Notes: generated by a model from the sequence alone, not told the origin. DNA of 32,000 bases from Mucisphaera calidilacus (GCF_007748075.1 NZ_CP036280.1:2370001-2402000), one strand, 5' to 3'; positions 8,616-19,458 are shown, numbered from the stretch's first letter. Program-made: numbers and translations.

Positions 8616-10946
8616 GTGAGCCTCAAGTACCGACGCATCAAGGAACACGACCTCGCCCTGCCCGCACCCCTGCGCTGGCTCACCCGTGCATTCAGCTCCA
8701 TACGCCTCGCCGTTGCCCTGCTCCTGCTCATCTCCCTCTACGGCACGCTCGCCTCGGTGCCCGTCGGCTACCTCGTCATCGGCGCCGCCTACCTCGCCAT
8801 CGCCCTCGCCTTCTTCGGACCGCCCGCCGCCATCCTTGCCATCACCCAGCGAAACCTCCCCACACCCCTCGTCATCGCCGCCTGGATCGCCATCGCCCTG
8901 GCCGGCTCATGGCTGACCTACCTCGGCTCCGTCCGGGCCTACGACGTCCTCACCCACACCCAGGCATGGAACCTCCACGGCCGCACCCTCATCTACCAGC
9001 TCCCGGGCATCGAGATGACCGAACTCCAGTTCTACAGCTGGTGGCCCATGCAGCTCATCCTCATGCTCTTCGTCGTCAACATGATCTGGGCGACCATCCG
9101 ACGCATCGAGTTCAACCTGCCCAACCTGGGCGTCCTCACCGTCCACACCGGCATCGTCGTTCTCACCCTCGGCGCCATCCTCTACAGCTCCTTCAAAGTC
9201 GAGGGCGACATCATCCTCTTCCGACGCGACCTCGGCGGGGGCTACGAAAAAGTCTTCTACGACGCCGTCGACCCCGCGCTCTTCGTCACCGTCGCCGGCC
9301 ATGGCCGCGCCATGATCCCCCTCGACGACCTCCCCCGCTACAACGACTACCCCGCCGGCACCCTCGATATCAACTTCGCCCAGCGGCCCGACCTCGAAGG
9401 CCTCTTCCCCGCCGGACTCAGCCTCCGCGTCATCGGCTTCCACCCCGACGCCGAGATCGGCCAGGTCTGGGCCCTCCAGCCCGACGACGCTCCAGACGCC
9501 ACCATCCTCAAAACCAGCCCCGCCCTCCGACTCGGCTTCGGCAACCGCGAACTCACCAACCCCGACGAACTCCCCGAAAACCGCCTCGTCACCCTCGCCT
9601 CCGGCCTCCCCGCCGACCGCTACACCGAAACCCACCTCGCCGCCATCGAACTCATCGCCGACATCTCCGACCAACGCGCCCAGGCCCTCATGACCGACCA
9701 CCCCGGCGAGCACCTGCTCATCATCGAGGTCCCCGCCGACAACCACCGCCAGGTCAACGCCATCACACCCGGACAGACGATCGACGTCGCCGACACCGGA
9801 TACCGACTCACCGTCGCCGAGATCGGGCCCTACGGCATCCCCTTCGTCACCCCCGGCTACGAGGACGCCGAGGACACCCGCGCCCTCGTCGAAGTCGAAG
9901 GACCCACCGAGTCCTACCGACGCATCGTCATGCACCGCTTCCCCGAACGCTCCCAGGACTTCGTCCCCCGGCCCGACGACCCCTCCGTCGGACCCATGGG
10001 CCAGCGACGCGACCCCGCTCCCGACATCCGCATCACCTACCTCGACCGATCCAAGCCGCAGTTCCGCATCCTCTGGTCACCCGACCAGCCCGACGCACCG
10101 ATGGAACTCATCGCCAACCTCCCCGGCTCCGCCCCCCTCCGCGCCCCTCTCGCCGAAACACGCTTCCCCATCGCACGCAACCTCTGGGTCCACCTCCTCC
10201 AGGCCAGCCGCAACGCCGCCCTCGTCCGACAGCCCGTCGTCAAGCCCCGAGAGCAACGCGATCCCAGCGACATCGGCAACTACACCACCGCACTCCTGCT
10301 CGTCGAGGTCACCACCACCAGCCCGCTCCCCGACGACCGCCAGATCCTCATGCTCCACCACATGCGCTACCCGCGCTACCCCTCCGACAAACACCAGCCC
10401 GAAACCCTCACCATCCCCAGCGTCGGCGACCTCACCCTCTCCTTCTCACGACGCGAGCACATCCTGCCCTTCGGCATCGCGCTCAGCGAATTCGAGATGA
10501 CCCCCTACCCCGACACCCACCCGCCCGTGCCCCGCGACTTCAGCTCAAGCCTGCTCGTCGGCGACCTCCACCCCGAGGACCGCACCCTCATGCAGCAGCC
10601 CGACATCCACGCCATCAGCCTCAACAACCCCGCCATCGTCCGAACCCCCACCGGCAACGTCGTCACCGGAAAACTCAAGCTCAGCCAGGTCGGATGGGAC
10701 CCGGGCGACACCGCCTCGCCCAACCACGAGGCCGTCGGACCCGACGGACGTTTCCTCAACCAGCAACGCTTCTCCATCGTCGGCATCAGCAACAACGTCG
10801 GCATCCGCATCATCTTCATCGGGTCCTGCCTCATCGTCGCGGGCGTCCCCTGGGCCTTCTACGTCAAGCCGTGGATGATCCAGCGACGCAAGAAACAGCT
10901 CGCACAGCAGCACGCCCCCACCACCCCCGAACCCCAACACGCATGA
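8616..10946 (+). CDS. ccsB: Cytochrome c biogenesis protein ResB/Ccs1 (System II), enlarged form
   Basis: 776 aa. The N-terminus RAFSSIRLAVALLLLISLYGTLASVP is typical of ResB, and there are several TM segments, a large soluble middle region and a C-terminal TM segment. Its stop overlaps the ccsA start (ATGA). The GTG start is the only in-frame start near the ORF beginning. Confidence 0.8.
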   Translation: MSLKYRRIKEHDLALPAPLRWLTRAFSSIRLAVALLLLISLYGTLASVPVGYLVIGAAYLAIALAFFGPPAAILAITQRNLPTPLVIAAWIAIALAGSWLTYLGSVRAYDVLTHTQAWNLHGRTLIYQLPGIEMTELQFYSWWPMQLILMLFVVNMIWATIRRIEFNLPNLGVLTVHTGIVVLTLGAILYSSFKVEGDIILFRRDLGGGYEKVFYDAVDPALFVTVAGHGRAMIPLDDLPRYNDYPAGTLDINFAQRPDLEGLFPAGLSLRVIGFHPDAEIGQVWALQPDDAPDATILKTSPALRLGFGNRELTNPDELPENRLVTLASGLPADRYTETHLAAIELIADISDQRAQALMTDHPGEHLLIIEVPADNHRQVNAITPGQTIDVADTGYRLTVAEIGPYGIPFVTPGYEDAEDTRALVEVEGPTESYRRIVMHRFPERSQDFVPRPDDPSVGPMGQRRDPAPDIRITYLDRSKPQFRILWSPDQPDAPMELIANLPGSAPLRAPLAETRFPIARNLWVHLLQASRNAALVRQPVVKPREQRDPSDIGNYTTALLLVEVTTTSPLPDDRQILMLHHMRYPRYPSDKHQPETLTIPSVGDLTLSFSRREHILPFGIALSEFEMTPYPDTHPPVPRDFSSSLLVGDLHPEDRTLMQQPDIHAISLNNPAIVRTPTGNVVTGKLKLSQVGWDPGDTASPNHEAVGPDGRFLNQQRFSIVGISNNVGIRIIFIGSCLIVAGVPWAFYVKPWMIQRRKKQLAQQHAPTTPEPQHA

Positions 10947-12718
10947 AAACCACGCACACCGTCATCGCCGTCCTCCTCCTGCTCGCCTCGCTCGCCACGG
11001 CGCAGGTACGCCCCAATGTCGACGGCAACACCCTCCCCGACACCACACCCGACGCCATGCCCGAGGCACACGCCGAACACGGCCACGCCCTCGACGACTG
11101 GCTCGACATCAGGCAGCAACCCCGCACCACCGAGAAGCGAGCCGCCTTCGCCGACGCCCTCAAACTCGAAGGATTCCGACGGCTCGCCGTCTACGACGGC
11201 GGACGCGTCAAGATCCTCGACACCCTCGCACGCGAGCAGATCCAACGCATCTTCGGCAAGGCACGCTTCAAGCACCCCGAGACCGGCTACGAAGACCCCG
11301 TCTTCACCTACCTCGACCTGCTCTTCATGCCCGACAGCTACAGCGACCTGCCCCTCGTCCACGTCGAGGTCCTGCCCCTCCGCCGACAACTCGTCGCCCA
11401 CCTCGAGCCCGACGAGCAGGAAGACTGGCTCAAACGCGCACGACTCTCGCCCAACCTCCTCGCCAGCCCGCCCGCCATGGCCGTCCTCTCCGGACGCGGC
11501 TCCGACCTCCGCCTCCAGAAAGGGCTCTCCCAGGTCTGGGACGCCTCCTCCGCGCTCAACGAGATCAGCGACCGACTCCTCCTCGTCAGCCCGCTCCCCG
11601 CCGACAACAAGTGGCACGCACCCCTCGACGAACTCGACGCCCACTTCCACGGACAGCCCCTCGCCACCGGCGACGTCTCACGACGCGCCCTCAACGTCGC
11701 CGGGCTCTGGCGACAACTCGGCGACAACTGGCGCCTCGGCGACACCAACGCCGTCAACGAAATCATCGCCACCCTTACCCACCGACTCCCACTCATCCGA
11801 CCCGAGACCTACCCGCCACAGTGGAAACTCGACGTCGAACACATCTACAACGCCACCGCTCGATTCACCATCGGCTACCTCGGCTACCTCTTCGGCGGCG
11901 TGCTCCTCCTCCTCGCCTTCGCCACCGGCAGACCCTGGCTCATCCGCACCGGAGCCGTCCTCGGCATCGCCGGCTTCATCATCCACACCCTCGGCATCCT
12001 CGCACGCATCGCCCTCACCAACCGCTGGCCCATCCACAACCAGTTCGAGTCCTTCATCGCCGTCACCTGGTTCGCCGTCCTCGTCGGACTCGTGCTCATG
12101 TGGTACCACCGCGCCTGGCTCTACGGCGCCGCCGCCTCCGCGCTTGGCGCCGCCTCCCTCATGGTCGCCAACACCTTCGACATCCCCTCAGCCGATCCCG
12201 GCAAGGTCGCCGGCATCCTCGCCACCAGCCGCATCCTCTACATCCACGTCAACATCGTCCTCATCAGCTACGGACTCATCGCCCTCGGCTTCTTCGTCAG
12301 CCTCTTCTACCTCGCCACCCACTACCTCCGCGGGCAGACCTCACTCCGCGTCGCCGCCGCAGGCGTCGGCGCTATCGACGAGAACGACACCCCCGCCAAG
12401 GGCAGGCAGGGGCTGCTCCGCGACCTCGACCAGGCACAGCTCCTCGTCCTCCAGCTCGCCTTCTGGCTCCTGGGCGTCGGCATCCTCCTCGGAGCCTACT
12501 GGGCCGACCACGCCTGGGGACGATGGTGGGCCTGGGACCCCAAGGAAACCTGGGCACTCATCACCTGGATCATCTACCTCATCGCCATCCACGCTCGCTT
12601 CGGCGTCAAGGACCGCGGACTCGTCACCGCATGGCTCAGCGTCGTCGGTTTCGTCGTCATGCTCTGGTGCTACTGGGGCGTCAATATGCTCCTCGCCGGC
12701 CTCCATTCCTATGCCTGA
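10943..12718 (+). CDS. ccsA: Cytochrome c assembly protein CcsA/ResC with a ~300-aa N-terminal secreted extension
   Basis: This is the last 591 aa of the 1510-aa track ORF 8186..12718. ATG 10943 overlaps the ccsB stop. It has a signal-like N-terminus MKTTHTVIAVLLLLASLATAQ, the WWD motif WGRWWAWDPKETW and a C-terminal GLHSY. Only this portion shows C3 codon periodicity and a recognisable family. Confidence 0.9.
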   Translation: MKTTHTVIAVLLLLASLATAQVRPNVDGNTLPDTTPDAMPEAHAEHGHALDDWLDIRQQPRTTEKRAAFADALKLEGFRRLAVYDGGRVKILDTLAREQIQRIFGKARFKHPETGYEDPVFTYLDLLFMPDSYSDLPLVHVEVLPLRRQLVAHLEPDEQEDWLKRARLSPNLLASPPAMAVLSGRGSDLRLQKGLSQVWDASSALNEISDRLLLVSPLPADNKWHAPLDELDAHFHGQPLATGDVSRRALNVAGLWRQLGDNWRLGDTNAVNEIIATLTHRLPLIRPETYPPQWKLDVEHIYNATARFTIGYLGYLFGGVLLLLAFATGRPWLIRTGAVLGIAGFIIHTLGILARIALTNRWPIHNQFESFIAVTWFAVLVGLVLMWYHRAWLYGAAASALGAASLMVANTFDIPSADPGKVAGILATSRILYIHVNIVLISYGLIALGFFVSLFYLATHYLRGQTSLRVAAAGVGAIDENDTPAKGRQGLLRDLDQAQLLVLQLAFWLLGVGILLGAYWADHAWGRWWAWDPKETWALITWIIYLIAIHARFGVKDRGLVTAWLSVVGFVVMLWCYWGVNMLLAGLHSYA

Positions 12719-13316
12719 CCGGCTCCGACGATCCTTCTTCCGCAAACCCGCCGACCGGCTCGCCGCCGACCTCCTCGGCCAGCGACTCGTCCGCGCCCAT
12801 CGTGGACATCGACGCGCCGGCATCATCGTCGAAACCGAGGCCTACCTCGGCACCATCGACGCCGCCGCACACACCTACCAGGGCCGACGCACGCCACGCA
12901 ACGAGGCCATGTACGCCGACGCCGGACACGCCTACGTCTACTTCACCTACGGCATGCACCACTGCATGAACGTCGTCGCACACAGCGCCGACACACCCGA
13001 GGCCGTCCTGATCCGCGCCCTCGAACCCGCCGAAGGCCTTGAAGCCATCCGACGAAGACGACCCAAAGCCAGACGCGACACCGACCTCACCTCCGGACCC
13101 GCCAAACTCTGCGCCGCACTCGACATCGACCGCAAACTCAACGCCGCCGACCTCACCTCCTCCACCCGACTCTGGATCGAGCCCGGCCACACCATCACCC
13201 CCGACCGGATCGTGCGCACGCCACGCATCGGCATCGACTACGCTGCCGAGTGGACCGAAAAACCCCTCCGCTTCTGCCTCCGCAACCACCCCCACCTGAG
13301 CCGACCCGCGCCATGA
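12711..13316 (+). CDS. mpg: DNA-3-methyladenine glycosylase (Mpg/AAG family)
   Basis: This is the last 201 aa of the track ORF 11016..13316. It has AADLLGQRLVR, GIIVETEAYLG, RRTPRNEAMY and YVYFTYGMHHCMNVV, which are diagnostic for the Mpg family. ATG 12711 overlaps the ccsA 3' end by 8 nt. Confidence 0.9.
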   Translation: MPDRLRRSFFRKPADRLAADLLGQRLVRAHRGHRRAGIIVETEAYLGTIDAAAHTYQGRRTPRNEAMYADAGHAYVYFTYGMHHCMNVVAHSADTPEAVLIRALEPAEGLEAIRRRRPKARRDTDLTSGPAKLCAALDIDRKLNAADLTSSTRLWIEPGHTITPDRIVRTPRIGIDYAAEWTEKPLRFCLRNHPHLSRPAP

Positions 13317-14047
13317 AACCCGCCACCCTCCAACTCGGACAAACCGACATCCACACCGGGCCCTGCGCTTGGGACCACACCCTGATCCGAGACCAGCCGC
13401 AGACCCTCCAACAACACCCCGCCCTCGTCGTCTTCGATCAGCGACGCGGCGCCTCGACCGATGACGCCGCCGCCATCGCCACCACCCTCAACGACCACCC
13501 CCTGCTCCTCGTCCTCGAAGAACCCGACTTCGCAAGACACCTCACCAAAGCCATCGACGACTGGCACCACGCCCTCGGCCGCACCATCGACCTCATCGCA
13601 CTCCACACCCATGACATCACCGACCTCAAGGCCGGCGGCCTCCTCCAACCCCTCACCAATGCACGCACCAACCAGACCTGCCGCTACTACGGCTTCGCCG
13701 CCGACAACGCCAACGACGCCGAATGGCTCGCGAAAAACACGGCCGGACGCTTCCTCCTCACGCCCTTCCACCGCCACGACCAGTCCGCCCGGTACCGCGC
13801 CATCCCCACCGCCCACGAGTACGGCATGGCCGTCATCGCCGAACCCCACCCCGACACCGAAGCCGATCCCGAAGCCGCCGCCTTCGCGCTCGGCCACGCC
13901 CACGAATGCCTCCCCATCCGCCTCACACCCCCGCCCGAAGACGCCTCACCCATGACCGACGAACAACGCGAGGCCGCGTGGACCGCCTGGACCCGGGATA
14001 ACCCCCCGCCTCCGCCACTCCCGCGCAGCCGCCCGCCCGCCGAATAA
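13313..14047 (+). CDS. Hypothetical protein, possibly a degenerate aldo/keto-reductase-like fold
   Basis: I chose ATG 13313, which forms an ATGA overlap with the mpg stop, giving 244 aa. C3 periodicity is strong throughout. There is a loose resemblance to AKR landmarks: LQLGQTDIHTGPCAW vs LGxTGxxVSxLGLGTW; IDLIALHTHD vs IDLYLLHxPD; CRYYGFAAD vs IRYIGVSN; and EYGMAVIAEP vs a GIGVIAYSPL-type consensus. A DxxxxY catalytic segment is not evident. The function is unknown. Confidence 0.55.
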   Translation: MKPATLQLGQTDIHTGPCAWDHTLIRDQPQTLQQHPALVVFDQRRGASTDDAAAIATTLNDHPLLLVLEEPDFARHLTKAIDDWHHALGRTIDLIALHTHDITDLKAGGLLQPLTNARTNQTCRYYGFAADNANDAEWLAKNTAGRFLLTPFHRHDQSARYRAIPTAHEYGMAVIAEPHPDTEADPEAAAFALGHAHECLPIRLTPPPEDASPMTDEQREAAWTAWTRDNPPPPPLPRSRPPAE

Positions 14048-14165
14048 GGTCAATGAGAAACCGGACAGAATTGCCCGCTGCGGTAGCCAGAACACCCCCT
14101 TCCCATTACTCTAACCCTTCGGAGTCAGCGAGACCCCGGCACGCGTTTTATGGAGAGATCGGAAC

Positions 14166-15851
14166 GTGAACGAGCACACCACCGGCTCGACCGAGCACAA
14201 GGACGAGCAGGCAACCAACGCGCCGCAGCCTGAGTCGACGCCGACCAGCGAGCAGCCGTCCGAACCGACACCCGCAACGACGCCGCCGGCGGACAACGCC
14301 CCCGCGCCCGAGGCCGATGCGCCCGCCAGGCCGCCCGCGCCCGCCGAACAGGACGTCTCCGCCGAACTCGAAGCCGAGATCGCCGACGCCGACCTCAACG
14401 CCATGATGGAAGCCTCCATCACCGCCGAGGACAGCAAGCCCGCCGCCGAACCCGAGGCCGTCCACCACGAGATCCGACGCGGACGCATCGCCGCCGTCCG
14501 AGGCGAAGACGTCTTCGTCGAACTCACCGGCGAGATGGGCAAGATGCAGGGCATCGTCCCGCTCACCCAGTTCGACCGCGCCCCACGCATCGGCGCCATC
14601 ATGGACTTCGTCGTCGACCGCATCGACGAGAACGAAGGACTCATCTACCTCTCCCGCGAGGGCGCCATCAGCCGAGCCACCTGGGACCAGCTCAACCCCG
14701 GCTCCGCCGTCGAGGCACGAGTCACCTCCACCAACAAGGGCGGACTCGAACTCGAACTCGTCGGCGGCATCCGAGCCTTCATGCCCGCCAGCCAGGTCGA
14801 CATCCACCACGTCGACGACCTCGAAGCACTCGTCGGCGAAAAACTCGAGGCCATCGTCCAGGAAATCGACCGACGATCCAAAAAGGTCCTCATCAGCCGA
14901 CGCCAGTACCTCCAGCAGAAACGCGAGGCCGCACGGCAGAAAGTCCTCGCCGAACTCGAAGTCGACCAGATCCGGGAAGGCACCATCTCCAGCATCACCG
15001 ACTACGGCGCCTTCGTGGACCTCGGCGGACTCGACGGACTCCTCCACGTCTCCGACATGACCTACGGCCGCGTCGAAAAACCCTCCGAGGTCGTCAAGGT
15101 CGGCGACAACGTCAAGGTCAAGGTCCTCAAGATCCAGCAGGGCGAAAAAGGACCACGCATCAGCCTCGGACTCAAGCAGATCGAGCCCGACCCCTGGGAG
15201 AACGTCGCCGAAACCTTCAACGTCGGCGACGAGGTCACCGGACGCGTCACAAGGACCGCCAACTTCGGCGCCTTCGTCGAGGTCGCCGATGGCGTCGAGG
15301 GACTCCTCCCCCTCAGCGAGATGAGCTGGAAACGCGTCAACAACGCCGACGACGTCGTCCGCGTCGGGGACACCATCAAGCTCTCCGTCATCAGCCTCGA
15401 ACCCCAACGCAAACGCATGTCCCTCAGCCTCAAGGCCGCCGGCGGAGACCCCTGGGACGGCGCCAGCCTCAAGTACCCCCAGAACGCCGTCGTCGAGGGC
15501 AAGGTCCTCGGCACCACCGACTTCGGGGCCTTCATCGAACTCGAAGAAGGCGTCGAGGGACTCGTCCACATCTCCGAACTCGCCGACCGACGCGTCAACC
15601 AGGTCGAAGACGTCCTCAACGTCGGCGAATCCAAGAAGTTCCGCGTCCTCGAGATCAGCGACGCCGACCGCAAGATCAAGCTCTCCCTCAAGCAGGTCGA
15701 CAAGCCCATCGAGAAAACCGTGGAACAGCTCCAGCCACGCAACCTCGGCAAGGCCAAACGCCAGGCACCTCGCAACCTCCAGTCCGGGCTCGGCAAGTCC
15801 GACGCCATGGGCATGGGACTCGGCGACCTCAAACTCGACGACCTCAAGTAA
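14166..15851 (+). CDS. rpsA: 30S ribosomal protein S1 with a ~100-aa acidic Pro/Ala/Thr/Glu-rich N-terminal extension
   Basis: 561 aa. By eye there are five S1/OB repeats (for example [83 protein letters not shown]). The GTG start has GGAGAG 9 nt upstream. An alternative internal start is ATG 14403. Confidence 0.9.
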   Translation: MNEHTTGSTEHKDEQATNAPQPESTPTSEQPSEPTPATTPPADNAPAPEADAPARPPAPAEQDVSAELEAEIADADLNAMMEASITAEDSKPAAEPEAVHHEIRRGRIAAVRGEDVFVELTGEMGKMQGIVPLTQFDRAPRIGAIMDFVVDRIDENEGLIYLSREGAISRATWDQLNPGSAVEARVTSTNKGGLELELVGGIRAFMPASQVDIHHVDDLEALVGEKLEAIVQEIDRRSKKVLISRRQYLQQKREAARQKVLAELEVDQIREGTISSITDYGAFVDLGGLDGLLHVSDMTYGRVEKPSEVVKVGDNVKVKVLKIQQGEKGPRISLGLKQIEPDPWENVAETFNVGDEVTGRVTRTANFGAFVEVADGVEGLLPLSEMSWKRVNNADDVVRVGDTIKLSVISLEPQRKRMSLSLKAAGGDPWDGASLKYPQNAVVEGKVLGTTDFGAFIELEEGVEGLVHISELADRRVNQVEDVLNVGESKKFRVLEISDADRKIKLSLKQVDKPIEKTVEQLQPRNLGKAKRQAPRNLQSGLGKSDAMGMGLGDLKLDDLK

Positions 15852-15860
15852 ACCCGCACC

Positions 15861-17117
15861 GTGACCACAGGCCACGAGCACGACGTCCTCGTCGCCGGAG
15901 CCGGAGCCGCCGGACTCATGGCCGCCATCTGGGCCGGACGCTCCGCGCCACCCGGCACACGCGTCGCCGCACTCGACGGCGCCCAAAAACTCGGCGCCAA
16001 AATCCTGGTCGCAGGCGGCGGACGATGCAACGTCACCCACGACGTCGTCACGCCCAGAGACTACGCCGGCGACTCGCCCAACCGCATCAACAAGGTCCTC
16101 AAGGCCTTCACCGTCCAGCACACCACCGACTTCTTCCGCGACCTTGGCGTCCGACTCAAACGCGAAGAGACCGGCAAACTCTTCCCCGTCACCGACACCG
16201 CACAGACCGTCCTCGACGCCCTCCTCGACGCCGCCCGCCAGGCCAACGCCAGCCTCCACACCGAAACACGCATCACCGCCGTCACCCGCAACCCCGACGA
16301 CACCTTCACCCTCGAAACCAGCCGCGGCACCCACCACACCAACCGCCTCATCCTCGCCACGGGCGGCAAGGCACTCCCACGCTCCGGGTCCGACGGCACC
16401 GGCTACGCCTTCGCACAACACCTTGGCCACACCGTCACCACCACCTCCCCCGCCCTCGTCCCCCTCATCCTCGCCGACAACCACTGGCTCACCGAACTCT
16501 CCGGACTCGCCGTCGACGCCGAGGTCCGCGTCACACGATCCACCGGGAAAATCGTCCACCGCGAACAGGGGCCCCTCCTGCTCACCCACTTCGGCATCAG
16601 CGGCCCCGTCCCCATGAACCTCAGCCGCCACCTCATCGCCCTCCGACGCGAAGACCCCGACGCCACCCTCACCGCCAACTTCCTCGAAGGTGCCACCTTC
16701 GACGAGACCGACCGCGAACTCCTCGACGCCGCCGCAGCCGAACCCGCACTCACCGCCGTCGGCTTCACCAGGCGACTCCTCCCCGAACGACTCGCCCGCG
16801 AACTCGTCCGCCACGAGACCGGCATCCCCCACGGCACCGAGCTGAGGCAACTCGCCCGACCCCAGCGACACGCCCTCGCCCGAGCGCTCACCCAGCTCAA
16901 CCTGCCCGTCACCAGCGACCGGGGCTACAAGTTCGCCGAGGTCACCGCCGGCGGCGTCCCCCTCGAAGAAATCAACCTCAAGACCATGGCCTCACGCCGA
17001 TGCACAAGCCTCAGCCTCTGCGGCGAGATCCTCGACGTCGACGGACGCATCGGCGGCTACAACTTCCAGTGGGCATGGGCCTCCGGAAAACTCGCCGGCA
17101 CCCATGCGGTAACGTGA
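15861..17117 (+). CDS. HI0933/BaiN-family NAD(P)/FAD-dependent oxidoreductase
   Basis: 418 aa. It has [28 protein letters not shown] and C-terminal [22 protein letters not shown], characteristic of the HI0933-like flavoprotein family. The GTG start lies 9 nt after the rpsA stop. Confidence 0.88.
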   Translation: MTTGHEHDVLVAGAGAAGLMAAIWAGRSAPPGTRVAALDGAQKLGAKILVAGGGRCNVTHDVVTPRDYAGDSPNRINKVLKAFTVQHTTDFFRDLGVRLKREETGKLFPVTDTAQTVLDALLDAARQANASLHTETRITAVTRNPDDTFTLETSRGTHHTNRLILATGGKALPRSGSDGTGYAFAQHLGHTVTTTSPALVPLILADNHWLTELSGLAVDAEVRVTRSTGKIVHREQGPLLLTHFGISGPVPMNLSRHLIALRREDPDATLTANFLEGATFDETDRELLDAAAAEPALTAVGFTRRLLPERLARELVRHETGIPHGTELRQLARPQRHALARALTQLNLPVTSDRGYKFAEVTAGGVPLEEINLKTMASRRCTSLSLCGEILDVDGRIGGYNFQWAWASGKLAGTHAVT

Positions 17118-17123
17118 CACCCC

Positions 17124-17717
17124 ATGAAACGCAGCCAGATCCCCAACGCGCTCACCGTCACACGGCTCGTCATGACCCTCGCCGTCCTCCTCACGCTCGA
17201 CCTCGCCGACCGCCTCGACCAGCCCACGACCCTCGTCCTCACCGCCCTCACCCTCTTTGTCATCGCCGCACTCACCGACGCCCTCGACGGCTTCCTCGCA
17301 CGACGCTGGAACGTCATCTCACGCTTCGGACGCATCGTCGACCCCCTCGCCGACAAACTCCTCATCCTCGGAACCGCCGGATACCTCGCCGCCGTCGACA
17401 ACTTCAACACCGGCCTCACCGCCTGGATGCTCGCCATCCTCCTCGTCCGCGAACTCCTCGTCACCGGACTCCGCGGACTCGTCGAGTCCTCCGGCCACGA
17501 CTTCTCCGCCGTCGCCTCCGGCAAACTCAAGATGATCCTCCAGTCCGTCGCCATCCCCTGGGCCATCCTCGGCATGGCCATCGACCCCGCCGCCGCCAGC
17601 CACACATGGTTCTTCCTCACCCGCGACATCCTGCTCCACGCCACCGCCCTCGCCACCCTCGCCTCAGGCATCCCCTACGTCATCAACGCCGCAATCGCCC
17701 TCCGCGACGCCGACTGA
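17124..17717 (+). CDS. pgsA: CDP-diacylglycerol--glycerol-3-phosphate 3-phosphatidyltransferase
   Basis: 197 aa, membrane protein. It has the CDP-alcohol phosphatidyltransferase motif DALDGFLARRWNVISRFGRIVDPLADK. Confidence 0.9.
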   Translation: MKRSQIPNALTVTRLVMTLAVLLTLDLADRLDQPTTLVLTALTLFVIAALTDALDGFLARRWNVISRFGRIVDPLADKLLILGTAGYLAAVDNFNTGLTAWMLAILLVRELLVTGLRGLVESSGHDFSAVASGKLKMILQSVAIPWAILGMAIDPAAASHTWFFLTRDILLHATALATLASGIPYVINAAIALRDAD

Positions 17718-17718
17718 C

Positions 17719-18423
<705 letters not shown>

Positions 18424-18447
18424 GACAGACTCCAGGCCGATCCAACA

Positions 18448-19458
18448 CTACACAGGCGAGGGCACCGTCTCCATCACACGCTGGATCAGGCCCTCGATCG
18501 ACTCACCGTCCTCCTCACGCAGCCGGCCATGCACCACCACGCGGTGCGCCAGCACGGGGATGACGTTCTTGGTCACGTCCTCAGGCAGAGTGTAGGTCCG
18601 CCCGTCCAGCAGCGCCGTCGCCTTCGAAGCATGCACCAGCGCCAACGCCCCACGCGTCGACAAACCGATCTGCAGCCGCGGGTGATCACGCGTCGCGTTC
18701 GCCAGATCCACGATGTACCGCGCCAGACGATCATCAAACCGCACATCGTCCACCAGACGCTGCAGCCGCACGATCTCCTCCGCCGTCATCACCGGCTTCA
18801 GGCCCGACAACGCCGTCCGCGTCGGGTCCGAGATCAGCACCCGCTGCTCGTCCTCCGGCTTCGGATACCCCAGCCGGATCCGCATCAAAAAACGGTCCAG
18901 CTGAGACTCCGGCAGGAAATACGTCCCCTCGAACTCGTACGGGTTCTGCGTCGCCACCACCAGAAAAGGCTCCAGCAGCTTCCGCGTGTGCCCGTCAATC
19001 GACACCTGGTACTCGCTCATCGCCTCCAGCAACGCCGACTGCGTCCGAGGCGTCGTCCGGTTCACCTCGTCCGCCACCAGCACGTTGCAGAAAATCGGCC
19101 CCGGCTTGAACGTGAACTCCCCCTTGTGCTGATCCCAAAGCGTCACGCCAAGGATGTCCGAAGGCACCATGTCAGGCGTCATCTGCAGACGCACAATCGT
19201 CCCGTCCACACTCCGCGCCAACGCCGTCGCCAGCGTCGTCTTGCCCACACCCGGCACGTCCTCGATCAGCACGTGCCCCCGAGCCAGCAGACACACCAGC
19301 ACCCGGTCCACCGCCGCCTCGTGACCCAGAAAGCACTCGCGGATGTTGCTCCGAAGACGCTCCAGCATCGGAATCACATGATCAGGAAGGTCGGCCATCG
19401 GTTCGGAGTATAACCACCCGACAATCCGACGCCCGATCGCCCCCGCTGGCCCCATCAC
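18448..19458 (-). CDS. MoxR-family AAA+ ATPase
   Basis: 336 aa. It has Walker A DVPGVGKTTLA, Walker B LVADEVNR and ATQNPYEFEGTYFLPESQLDRF, typical of MoxR/RavA-like ATPases. The start is uncertain: GTG 19458, ATG 19455, or ATG 19398 (MADLPDH...). Confidence 0.88.
   Translation of the reverse strand: MMGPAGAIGRRIVGWLYSEPMADLPDHVIPMLERLRSNIRECFLGHEAAVDRVLVCLLARGHVLIEDVPGVGKTTLATALARSVDGTIVRLQMTPDMVPSDILGVTLWDQHKGEFTFKPGPIFCNVLVADEVNRTTPRTQSALLEAMSEYQVSIDGHTRKLLEPFLVVATQNPYEFEGTYFLPESQLDRFLMRIRLGYPKPEDEQRVLISDPTRTALSGLKPVMTAEEIVRLQRLVDDVRFDDRLARYIVDLANATRDHPRLQIGLSTRGALALVHASKATALLDGRTYTLPEDVTKNVIPVLAHRVVVHGRLREEDGESIEGLIQRVMETVPSPV

Noticed and set aside
11016-12710. Upstream 565 aa of the 766-aa ORF that ends as mpg.
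   Set aside because: It is a Ser/Pro/Thr/Ala-rich low-complexity translation lying out of frame inside ccsA. Mpg homology begins exactly at ATG 12711.
8186-12718. 1510-aa plus-strand ORF spanning crcB (antisense), ccsB and ccsA. Similar giant plus-strand ORFs are 3165..5987 (940 aa), 1429..2991, 6303..7961, 16025..17851, 17809..19413 and 24584..25942.
   Set aside because: Apart from the last 591 aa (true ccsA), the translations are Arg/Pro/His/Thr/Gln low-complexity strings with no motifs. They lie out of frame or antisense to well-supported conserved genes. The printed strand is depleted in T and G, so stop codons are rare in all its frames. These are compositional shadow ORFs.
14148-16871. 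907-aa minus-strand ORF antisense to rpsA and the HI0933-type gene. Similar Gly/Val/Asp/Glu/Ala-rich minus-strand ORFs include 8907..9935, 10859..11650, 21847..22881, 23510..24274 and 27921..28640.
   Set aside because: The G/T-rich, A-poor minus strand lacks stop codons. The translations are repetitive G/V/D/E/A strings without recognisable domains. They overlap genes with unambiguous homology on the other strand.
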